From positions 1,720,610-1,784,609 of the forward strand of contig JAXGOI010000001.1 in the NCBI GenBank assembly GCA_040767605.1: a DNA stretch of 64,000 bases, given 5' to 3'. This stretch comes from Clostridiales bacterium (GTDB lineage Bacteria; Bacillota; Dehalobacteriia; UBA4068). A model generated the notes under the pieces. That model was not told the origin of the DNA. It ran no database searches and saw only the letters and a program-made list of their open reading frames with translations. Positions 18,978 through 26,827 of this stretch are shown here, piece after piece (position 1 is the first letter of the stretch; each line of letters opens with the position of its first letter). Both the position numbers and the translations under genes were made by a program.

Positions 18978-21722
18978 GTGTCCGAGAAAAAGAATTTATA
19001 CGAAATTATTGGTTCAAAAGCGTGGGAACTTAAACTACAATTCCCTGAAATCCCTAAATATGTAACAGACAACTTGAAATATTCATTTTATGAATGGCAA
19101 AAGAAAGCTTTTGAGAATTTCTTAACCTATCAAGAAATCAAGAAAATTGAATCTCCAAATGATCCAACTCATCTAATGTTTAATATGGCTACTGGAACCG
19201 GAAAAACATTGCTTATGGCTGCAACAATTTTGTATTATTATAAGCAGGGCTACAATCATTTTCTATTTTTTGTGAATCAAAATAATATTGTTGATAAGAC
19301 AGAAAACAACTTTATTAATGTGAACCATAATAAATACTTATTTAATAAAAGAATTGTAATTGACGACAGCGATGTAATAATAAAAAAAGTAGAAACATTT
19401 AGTGAGGGAACAAAAGATATTGAAATTAAGTTCACTACAGTACAAAAACTATATAATGATATTCACACAGAAAAAGAAAACCAGGTATTATTGGATGATT
19501 TGATAAAAATGGATATAGTGATGCTTGCCGATGAAGCACATCACCTTAACACAAATACGCAAAAGCAAGAGACACAATTAGAACTTGATTTAGCGACAGA
19601 GTTAACTAGCAGAACTAGTGACGTTGAAGTAGAGCGCAAAGGGTGGGAGCACACGGTTATAGAGTTAATTTTAAGAAAGAAAAGTAAGAAAATTCAAAAT
19701 AAGAATGTATTGTTGGAATTCACTGCAACAATACCTGATAATCTTCAGGTGTCAGAAAAGTATAGCAATAAAATAATTCATAAATTTGGCTTGAAGGAGT
19801 TTTTAAGTGCTGGATATACAAAAGAAATTAATTTGATATCTTCTACCTTCAATAAGAAAGAGAGAATACTTCAAGCTCTATTATTTAGCTGGTATCGTGA
19901 AAAAATCGCTTTAAAATACTATAGCTTAGGTAATGATAGCCTTGCTAATTTTAAACCGGTTATTCTATTTAGGAGTAAATCAATAGATGATTCTAGATCG
20001 GATTTCGAAGAGTTTCAAGATATAATAAATAAACTAAATCCCAATGATTTTGAGTTTTTGAAGGATATTGATAGCAAGGTCAATGAAAATGGTACTGTTT
20101 ACGAACAAGGGAAATCTAGAACAAGGGATGTTATCGAGTTTATTAAGAAGGAAAATATTTCATTTTCGCAAATCGTTGAGAATTTGAAATATAAGTTTGC
20201 GCAGAAAAATTGTATAATCACTAACTCGAAAGATAATACCACAAAAACAGAAAAAACTGATGATCATCAAGATAGATTACTTAATAGTTTAGAAGATAAG
20301 AATAATCACATTAGAGCTATTTTCACAGTAGAGAGACTTACAGAAGGTTGGGATGTATTAAATCTGTTTGATATAGTAAGACTCTATCAAGGGCAGAATA
20401 CAGGAGGTAGTACTAAAAAAACTCCAGAAGTAACAACTAAAGAAAAACAGCTTATCGGAAGAGGGGTTAGGTATTATCCTTTTAATTATGGTAATAAGCA
20501 AAATAACTGTCGGAAATTTGATGAGGACATGAAAAATGAATTAAGAGTATTGGAAGAATTGTACTACTATACTTACGACGAAGAATCCAGATATATTTCC
20601 CACCTTAAAGAAGAGTTGAGAAAAGATGGATATATCAAGGACAATAAAATAATCAAAACCTTTAAGATAAAAAAAGAGTTCCAAGATAAAGATTTCTATA
20701 AAGACGTAAAAATATGGCACAACAACCAAATTGATAATCCTGATAGAAAGAAAAAAACGCTCACCGATATATCAAAGGACTTCTATAAAGGATACAGAAT
20801 TAGAAGTATAAGTTTTAATGAAGAGCAGTTTGGGTTTGAAGATAAAGAGGACATTAACAGACTAAAAGTAACTGATAATAATTATCAAACATTAAATACT
20901 AAATTCAAAGAATTCGAAAAACATATAATCCAAAAAGCAATAAATATTAAAGCGAAGCCAAGTTCTTCACTATTTCATTTTTATAGAATGAAAAAAGAGT
21001 TGGAGATTGATAGTATTGATGATCTAATGAGCGATAATTTTCTAGGGGATTTCGATATTCCTATCATTGTAAATGGTGAAGTTAAGTTTCGAGATCTCTC
21101 AAATAAAGATAAACTTGATGTTTTACTAAGTTTCCTGGATGCTTTTTTGATTGAATTTAAGAAAGTGATTGACCCTAAAAAAGGAACAGAATTTATTGCA
21201 TCTAGTTTCAGCGAATTATTTGGTGAGCCTAAAGTTAAGAGTATTGAAAAAGATGAAGACTCTATACGTATAGAGAAGAATTTAAAAAATGAAGATTGGT
21301 ATGTTTTAGATTCTTTTCATGGCACTGACCAAGAGAAAGAATTACTTGAAGAAATTAAGAGTACTATAGCTAATCTACAGTCTAAATATGATGAAGTGTA
21401 TCTTTTAAGAAATGAAGAAGTGTATAAAATATATGACTTCGATAAAGGCAGAGGGTTCCAGCCTGATTTCTTATTGTTTTTGAAATCAAAAGATACTATT
21501 AATAAATATTATCAAATATTTATTGAGCCTAAAGGCGAATATTTGTTAGAACGTGATGGTTGGAAAAATGACTTCTTAAAAGAGATAACCTCGAAATATG
21601 GGAATGAAGGTAAAGATATACTAACTTTGGATAGTAAAAGTTATAAACTAATAGGTTTGCCATTGTTCAACACAAATGAAAATGAATTTAAAGAAGAATA
21701 TAAAAAGATTTGGAACGGTTAA
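18978..21722 (+). CDS. res: Type III restriction enzyme Res subunit (SF2 helicase plus PD-(D/E)xK endonuclease)
   Basis: 914 aa. Walker A MATGTGKTL and the DEAHH box. C-terminal GFQPDF...IFIEPKGEYL nuclease motif. Directly downstream of mod. Confidence 0.85.
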   Translation: MSEKKNLYEIIGSKAWELKLQFPEIPKYVTDNLKYSFYEWQKKAFENFLTYQEIKKIESPNDPTHLMFNMATGTGKTLLMAATILYYYKQGYNHFLFFVNQNNIVDKTENNFINVNHNKYLFNKRIVIDDSDVIIKKVETFSEGTKDIEIKFTTVQKLYNDIHTEKENQVLLDDLIKMDIVMLADEAHHLNTNTQKQETQLELDLATELTSRTSDVEVERKGWEHTVIELILRKKSKKIQNKNVLLEFTATIPDNLQVSEKYSNKIIHKFGLKEFLSAGYTKEINLISSTFNKKERILQALLFSWYREKIALKYYSLGNDSLANFKPVILFRSKSIDDSRSDFEEFQDIINKLNPNDFEFLKDIDSKVNENGTVYEQGKSRTRDVIEFIKKENISFSQIVENLKYKFAQKNCIITNSKDNTTKTEKTDDHQDRLLNSLEDKNNHIRAIFTVERLTEGWDVLNLFDIVRLYQGQNTGGSTKKTPEVTTKEKQLIGRGVRYYPFNYGNKQNNCRKFDEDMKNELRVLEELYYYTYDEESRYISHLKEELRKDGYIKDNKIIKTFKIKKEFQDKDFYKDVKIWHNNQIDNPDRKKKTLTDISKDFYKGYRIRSISFNEEQFGFEDKEDINRLKVTDNNYQTLNTKFKEFEKHIIQKAINIKAKPSSSLFHFYRMKKELEIDSIDDLMSDNFLGDFDIPIIVNGEVKFRDLSNKDKLDVLLSFLDAFLIEFKKVIDPKKGTEFIASSFSELFGEPKVKSIEKDEDSIRIEKNLKNEDWYVLDSFHGTDQEKELLEEIKSTIANLQSKYDEVYLLRNEEVYKIYDFDKGRGFQPDFLLFLKSKDTINKYYQIFIEPKGEYLLERDGWKNDFLKEITSKYGNEGKDILTLDSKSYKLIGLPLFNTNENEFKEEYKKIWNG

Positions 21723-21899
21723 AATTGAATTGATCATTGATGGAAAAAATGAGCTGTGAAATTGATAAAGCGTAGATAATAATCTTTTTTGTACATGAGA
21801 TGGTTGAATATAAATTATGAATGGGATTTTAATCATCTCATGACATTTAATTTACTCAGTTAAAAGTTATGCTGGGGACCGAAAGAGGCGAGGTAGAGT

Positions 21900-22394
21900 A
21901 TGTACACTATTAAAGGAAAGCAAGCTTCAAGGATTGAACCGGTCACTTTTTCAGAGTTAAATATGACTGAAAATGATATAAAAGAGATTCTAAGAAACAG
22001 CATTGATATGATCTGTGATGAAGAAGAATCCATGCTTATTGTTGGCAGGTAGGTCAGAAATAAATGGATAAGTCACTCATTACAACAGCATCTGGAGAAA
22101 AGAAAATTAAACGGAGGTCTCTACCGAAAATAGATTTAATGCTTGAAGGGTGTTGTTAAAGAAGGAGACATTATAGTTGCTAAAGGGATAGGAGATGAAG
22201 GAATGCTTCTTTCTAATGGCAGTGCAATGGTCAACGGAGAAGAAAAGTCTATGCAAGCATGGCTAAAAGAGATTTATGGATGGTTTAGCGTTCAGACTTA
22301 TGTTTTTGCTGTACATAAAGAAACAGGTAAAACTTTGTCTCAGATTCGTGAAGAATATATGGAAAAGAAAGTTACTGAAAGCACTGAATTATAA
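21900..22394 (+). pseudogene. Disrupted ~165-codon ORF of unknown function (three in-frame stop codons)
   Basis: One continuous reading frame opens with RBS GAGGCGAGG and ATG at 21900 (MYTIKGKQASRIEPVTFSELNMTENDIKEIL...). It is interrupted by TAG at 22050, TAG at 22134 and TAA at 22140, then continues in the same frame as the TTG-start 83-aa ORF 22143-22394. Confidence 0.4.
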
Positions 22395-22467
22395 AAAATA
22401 AGCAGTTGAGCTAATAGACTGAGTTTAATTATTTGTGGTCATTTCAAGAAATGGGGGGAGATTTCTT

Positions 22468-24354
22468 ATGTCAGGTAATCGTTCATTTACTGAATATGTA
22501 AAAAACTCATTTGATAATCAATTTTGGTCTGTTGCAGAAGAATATCTGTGTGAGAATGTCGATCCCTTGAATATCAAGCTTTTTAAAGTACATAAAGCTG
22601 GAGAGCCAGAAATTACAGATGTGCAAGTGGAACATGTTTGGGTTGAAGATTTACCAGAAAAGAAAATACAATTTGATGTGGCCTTATCCGTAATATTTGA
22701 AATCCCAGAAGCTGATTATCATTATGATGATTCAGAAGAAAAGAGAATATGGCTAATGGTTCGTTGTCGAGGAGATCTTAGTTGTAATCTCCAGGATTTC
22801 GAGATTTTTGAAGTTTCCGATTACACTGGGAAAAACCGTGTTAAAAATCCATTGGACGATTCGCTTGTTCCCTATATTCCATATGAAAAGCTAGATGAAG
22901 TGGCTACATCGTTTCTTAAAGAATATTACCCTGAAGCTCTTAAAATTACTCAATATAAGCAGGACCCTGTTTGGGTTGACCCCAATATCCTTACAGAAAG
23001 ACTTGGATTAACAATAAATACTCAACGCATAAGGGAAGATGCATCAGTATTCGGTCAGATATACTTTGTTGATACTGATGTAGAAATGTATGATTCCAAC
23101 ACTCAAAGTAATGTAGCTATGCAGATTGAAGGGAAAACTATTGTTGTCGATCCCTATATGTACTTACTTAGGAATCTAGGTTCTGTTAATAATACAATAA
23201 TACATGAGTGTGTACATTGGGTTAAGCATAGAAAAGTATTTGAACTGGAAAAACTATATAATGCAGCAGCCTCTCATATAAGCTGTGAAGTAAAAGGTGG
23301 GGCAATCTCAACGCTATCTAAGAAATCTACAGAATGGATGGAAAAGCAAGCTAACCAATTGACACCACGGATACAAATGCCAGCAGAACCTTTTAGAGTA
23401 AAGGCAAATCAATATATAGCACAATTTATGCGTGAATCGAATGCTAGGCACACGGTAGATGTGATGGAAAAAGTTATTACTGCATTGGAGACTAAATTTG
23501 CGGTATCTAAGCAAGCAGCAAAGATTCGACTTGTAGAGTTAGGCTTTGAGGAAGCTATTGGCACATTCACATATCTTGATGGTCGTTATGTAAAACCACA
23601 CGGTTTTCGTAAAGGGACAATCAAGGTAAATCAGACATTTTCTTTAAGTGCTCAGGACGCAGCTATTGAACGCTTTCTCAATCCTGAACTTCGTGCTCTA
23701 ACTGAAAATGGAGATTATCTCTTTGTAGATAACCATTATGTATACAATGCACCACTTTATGTAGAGCGTGATGAAAACGGAAAGTTAGAATTAACTGGAT
23801 ATGCCCGTTCTCATATGGACGAGTGTTGTCTTGTATTTGATATGAGAATCACTAGCAAGGTAGAGAACATATATCACACAGCATGCTTTTTAAATCGTGA
23901 ACTGAGTGACATCACATTTGAAATTAAGTATCATAATGGGTTTGAAAATGCACCGCAAGAACGTCAAGTCGCTATGCGAAAAAAAATTCAAGCTGAAGAA
24001 TTAGAGATTCGAAAACAGATGACTGACGATCCGGAACAGTGCCTGGAACTTCTTCTTAAATGGAGAGGTATGAATTATACTGACCTTGGTCTTGAAATTG
24101 ACCGTGATCCAAAGACTATTAGTCGTACGGTTAAGGGTAAAACTGCCCCTACAGTGGAGACCGCAGCACTTATATGCTTTGGTCTTCATCTCTCGCCTAC
24201 GATCAGTATGAAGTTGATGGACGTGTTTGGCTGCAAGCTGAACCCTATGAAATATCCTAATCATCAATGGATAAATGAGGCTTTATACATAAAATATCCA
24301 GAGCCAATATGGGCTATCCGGGAGTATTTAAGCCCATACGGAGTAGAAATTTAA
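22468..24354 (+). CDS. Large uncharacterised protein with an ImmA/IrrE-type (M78) HExxH metallopeptidase signature and a C-terminal HTH
   Basis: 628 aa from ATG 22468 after the RBS GGGGGGAG. Internal motif RNLGSVNNTIIHECVHWVKH resembles the ImmA/IrrE r.nFTiaHElgH signature. The C-terminal region LLKWRGMNYTDLGLEIDRDPKTISRTVKGKTAPTVETAALICFGLHL is HTH-like. The ~190-aa N-terminal domain and the middle domain are not recognised. Confidence 0.55.
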   Translation: MSGNRSFTEYVKNSFDNQFWSVAEEYLCENVDPLNIKLFKVHKAGEPEITDVQVEHVWVEDLPEKKIQFDVALSVIFEIPEADYHYDDSEEKRIWLMVRCRGDLSCNLQDFEIFEVSDYTGKNRVKNPLDDSLVPYIPYEKLDEVATSFLKEYYPEALKITQYKQDPVWVDPNILTERLGLTINTQRIREDASVFGQIYFVDTDVEMYDSNTQSNVAMQIEGKTIVVDPYMYLLRNLGSVNNTIIHECVHWVKHRKVFELEKLYNAAASHISCEVKGGAISTLSKKSTEWMEKQANQLTPRIQMPAEPFRVKANQYIAQFMRESNARHTVDVMEKVITALETKFAVSKQAAKIRLVELGFEEAIGTFTYLDGRYVKPHGFRKGTIKVNQTFSLSAQDAAIERFLNPELRALTENGDYLFVDNHYVYNAPLYVERDENGKLELTGYARSHMDECCLVFDMRITSKVENIYHTACFLNRELSDITFEIKYHNGFENAPQERQVAMRKKIQAEELEIRKQMTDDPEQCLELLLKWRGMNYTDLGLEIDRDPKTISRTVKGKTAPTVETAALICFGLHLSPTISMKLMDVFGCKLNPMKYPNHQWINEALYIKYPEPIWAIREYLSPYGVEI

Positions 24355-24371
24355 TTTTTTTCTTAAAAAAA

Positions 24372-24388
24372 TGGACAAGGTATGTCCA
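24372..24388. promoter_or_regulatory. Operator-like palindrome TGGACA-N5-TGTCCA
   Basis: Perfect 6-bp inverted arms. A second, related copy lies at 24611-24625. Confidence 0.35.
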
Positions 24389-24533
24389 CTATAAAGTTGA
24401 AAAAGTGACCTTCGACACAAAGATTTGGTCTCTTTTTTATTGGTAAGCATGATAAGCAATTGTCACCAACATTATATTAGTCAGTAAACTATGACTAATT
24501 AAAGAAACAACCGCAAATCAATTCATAAATAAT

Positions 24534-24592
24534 CGCCGGAGTTATCAAAGTAAGCCATTAAAGGCTGAAATAGATAACTCCGGCTTTTTTTA
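24534..24592 (+). terminator. Rho-independent terminator (long-loop)
   Basis: GCCGGAGTTATC...GATAACTCCGGC 12-bp inverted repeat followed by T7. Confidence 0.6.
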
Positions 24593-24610
24593 TTTTCATG
24601 GGTTTTGACA

Positions 24611-24625
24611 GGACATGGCATGTCC
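24611..24625. promoter_or_regulatory. Operator-like palindrome GGACAT-ggc-ATGTCC
   Basis: Perfect inverted repeat. Same GGACA-N5-TGTCC architecture as the site at 24372. Confidence 0.35.
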
Positions 24626-24814
24626 ATTTTCAAAAAAAAATCCGTGTTACATTTAGTTTATAGATAAGCAATATTGCTTTCTAAATAAATCTCAAAGTCC
24701 TAGTGCGCATACGGACGGCGGGATGCATAAGAGTTCAGAACACAGTGATAAAGACTGTGTTTGGAATGAAGATGCACCCACCGTTATTTCGTGTGCCCTT
24801 TTTTAGGACAAGCG

Positions 24815-24849
24815 GAGTCTGTGGTCATCTTCACCGCAGGCTCTTTTTG
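24815..24849 (+). terminator. Terminator/attenuator-like hairpin just upstream of the first phage regulatory gene
   Basis: GAGUCUGUGG-ucaucuuca-CCGCAGGCUC: a 10-bp stem with two G-U pairs, followed by U5. Confidence 0.5.
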
Positions 24850-24888
24850 TATTCCGCCGCCCAATGACTAGGCGGAAAGGAATACTTT

Positions 24889-25437
24889 ATGAAGATTCGA
24901 GTTTTATATGAAGACAACATCAAAAATGGTCACAAGAACTACACCACAATTGAAATTCCAGATGGAGATTACAGTGTTATGCTGGACATTGACTATGAGC
25001 AACGTCTTGCAGAGGCAAAGCCTGAAAAGAAAGCAGAAGTTAAGCGTTGTGAGACTTTGCAGGAAATGTTCGACCTTATGAATGCCAAAGAATACAACCA
25101 CTGGCGCCGCTATCATAGGCATCTTGGCAATCCGAAGACTCCATATCGTAAAGATGATCAGGCTGAAGATGAAACAGATGTTATGGATACATTTGCAGAT
25201 AACTCTCAAGAAATAGAGCGCTCTAACCAATACGAGTACGAGGATGTTTGTAAATGGATACGCAAGGTACTCGGTAAAAAAGAAGATTGGGCGGATATGT
25301 TTATCGCAGTTCGTATGGAAGGTATGTCGATTCGAGAATATGCCAGTTCCATAGGTGTTAATGAAAACAATATTACTCAGAAATTAAAGCGAGCAACCAA
25401 GAAATTAGAACAAGAATATAAAAACCATCAGATTTGA
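24889..25437 (+). CDS. Phage protein with C-terminal sigma-70 region-4-like HTH
   Basis: 182 aa. C-terminus MSIREYASSIGVNENNITQKLKRATKKL is HTH-like. RBS AAAGGAA. Confidence 0.5.
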   Translation: MKIRVLYEDNIKNGHKNYTTIEIPDGDYSVMLDIDYEQRLAEAKPEKKAEVKRCETLQEMFDLMNAKEYNHWRRYHRHLGNPKTPYRKDDQAEDETDVMDTFADNSQEIERSNQYEYEDVCKWIRKVLGKKEDWADMFIAVRMEGMSIREYASSIGVNENNITQKLKRATKKLEQEYKNHQI

Positions 25438-25501
25438 CCTTCTCTCAAGGCTACCAGTTAGGAGGTCAAGTCCTCCAAAAAATTATAAGGAGGTAATTCT
25501 G

Positions 25502-26170
25502 ATGAGAGAATTAATACCTAAAGACAAATATGGTGTATTTGCCGACACCAAGGATACGGCAAGAGTAGATAGCTTGTTTGTTGCTGAGTTCTTTGAAAAG
25601 GAGCATAAAAATGTTCTGCGTGATATTGCTAAAATCACTGACCCCAATTCTGGGTTAAGCAGAGAATTTGCTCAGCTCAATTTTGAGCCGACCTCATACA
25701 CTGATGGTTGGAACAGAAAACAAAAGGCTTATGCCATGACTCGTGACGGTTTCACTATGTTAGTCATGGGATATACGGGACAAAAAGCAATGAAGTTCAA
25801 AGAGTTATACATCAAACGCTTTAATGAAATGGAGCAGTTTATTAAGACGCTTGTTTCAGCCCGTAAAGAGTTCCCTTTACTGACGGACAACATTAAGCTA
25901 CTTCACGAAAATCCCAAGCCATATCACTTCAGTAATGAATGCGACATGATTAACCGCATTGTTACAGGGATGTCGGCAAAGCAATTTAGAATTGCTAACG
26001 GTATTGAAAAAGGTAAAAGTATCCGTCCGTATCTTTCAGATGAGCAGATTACCATGCTGGAAACTCTGCAAAAAGTAGATGTGGGTTTATTAGTGGCTGT
26101 TCCAGATTATCAGCAGCGTAAGCGTCATCTGGAATGGTACAAGCTGAAGATGGAAGAGAACAAAAATTAA
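25502..26170 (+). CDS. Phage regulatory protein, Rha family
   Basis: N-terminal domain matches the Rha/ORF6N pattern (VFADTKDTARVDSLFVAEFFEKEHKNVLRDI...GFTMLVMGYTGQKAMKFKELYIKRFNEME). RBS AAGGAGG. Confidence 0.75.
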   Translation: MRELIPKDKYGVFADTKDTARVDSLFVAEFFEKEHKNVLRDIAKITDPNSGLSREFAQLNFEPTSYTDGWNRKQKAYAMTRDGFTMLVMGYTGQKAMKFKELYIKRFNEMEQFIKTLVSARKEFPLLTDNIKLLHENPKPYHFSNECDMINRIVTGMSAKQFRIANGIEKGKSIRPYLSDEQITMLETLQKVDVGLLVAVPDYQQRKRHLEWYKLKMEENKN

Positions 26171-26184
26171 GGAGGATAATCATT

Positions 26185-26412
26185 ATGTTTTATGTGAAAG
26201 AGAGATTGAACGATACCATGGAGGTATCTATTGAAATAACAGATGAGAATGTATTTTGCCATTGCCCGATGTGTGGTGCCCAGGTAATGGTGGATATTGC
26301 AGAAATTTTAAGTGACGGAGAGAGCGATCTATTTGGTACGGCAGTATTTTGTGATGAATGTGGAAAGAAGGTTAGAGCTGGAGGTAGACATTATGAGCAT
26401 AAACAAATTTAA
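26185..26412 (+). CDS. Small zinc-ribbon protein
   Basis: CHCPMCG...CDECGKK four-Cys pattern. RBS AAGGAGG at the internal Met. Confidence 0.45.
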   Translation: MFYVKERLNDTMEVSIEITDENVFCHCPMCGAQVMVDIAEILSDGESDLFGTAVFCDECGKKVRAGGRHYEHKQI

Positions 26413-26827
26413 TTCAGAAGGATATCATGATCCGACTCCACATGAAGCACTTAGAAATATCACTCGTGAGGAAAAGGCAGCAGCAAAAGCTGCCTTCAAG
26501 CCTCTTGTCTATATTTGCTCCCCCTTTAGTGGCGATATAGAAAACAATAATAAGCGGACACGGGAGTTCTGCCGTTTCGCATTAGAAAAAGGAAATATCC
26601 CTCTTGCTCCCCACCTTCTGTTTCCGCAGTTTATGGATGACAACAATGAAAAAGAACGTGACCTGGCTATTTTCATGGATATTATCCTGATGGGTAAATG
26701 CCAAGAGGTCTGGGTGCTAGGAGATGTGATTTCAAGAGGTATGAGCATTGAAATTGAAAAGGCAAAGAAACGCAGACAGCCGGTCAGATATTTTAATAAG
26801 GATTTTGAGGAGGTAGAGGCTTTATGA
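26393..26827 (+). CDS. DUF4406-like (nucleoside deoxyribosyltransferase-fold) phage protein
   Basis: VYICSPFSGD...PLAPHLLFPQ pattern. RBS GGAGGT. Confidence 0.45.
   Translation: MSINKFNSEGYHDPTPHEALRNITREEKAAAKAAFKPLVYICSPFSGDIENNNKRTREFCRFALEKGNIPLAPHLLFPQFMDDNNEKERDLAIFMDIILMGKCQEVWVLGDVISRGMSIEIEKAKKRRQPVRYFNKDFEEVEAL

Noticed and set aside
22143-22394. 83-aa TTG-start ORF as an independent gene
   Set aside because: It is in the same frame as the upstream 50-codon ORF, separated only by three stop codons, and has no ATG start or RBS of its own. It is treated as part of a decayed gene, but a real small protein cannot be excluded.
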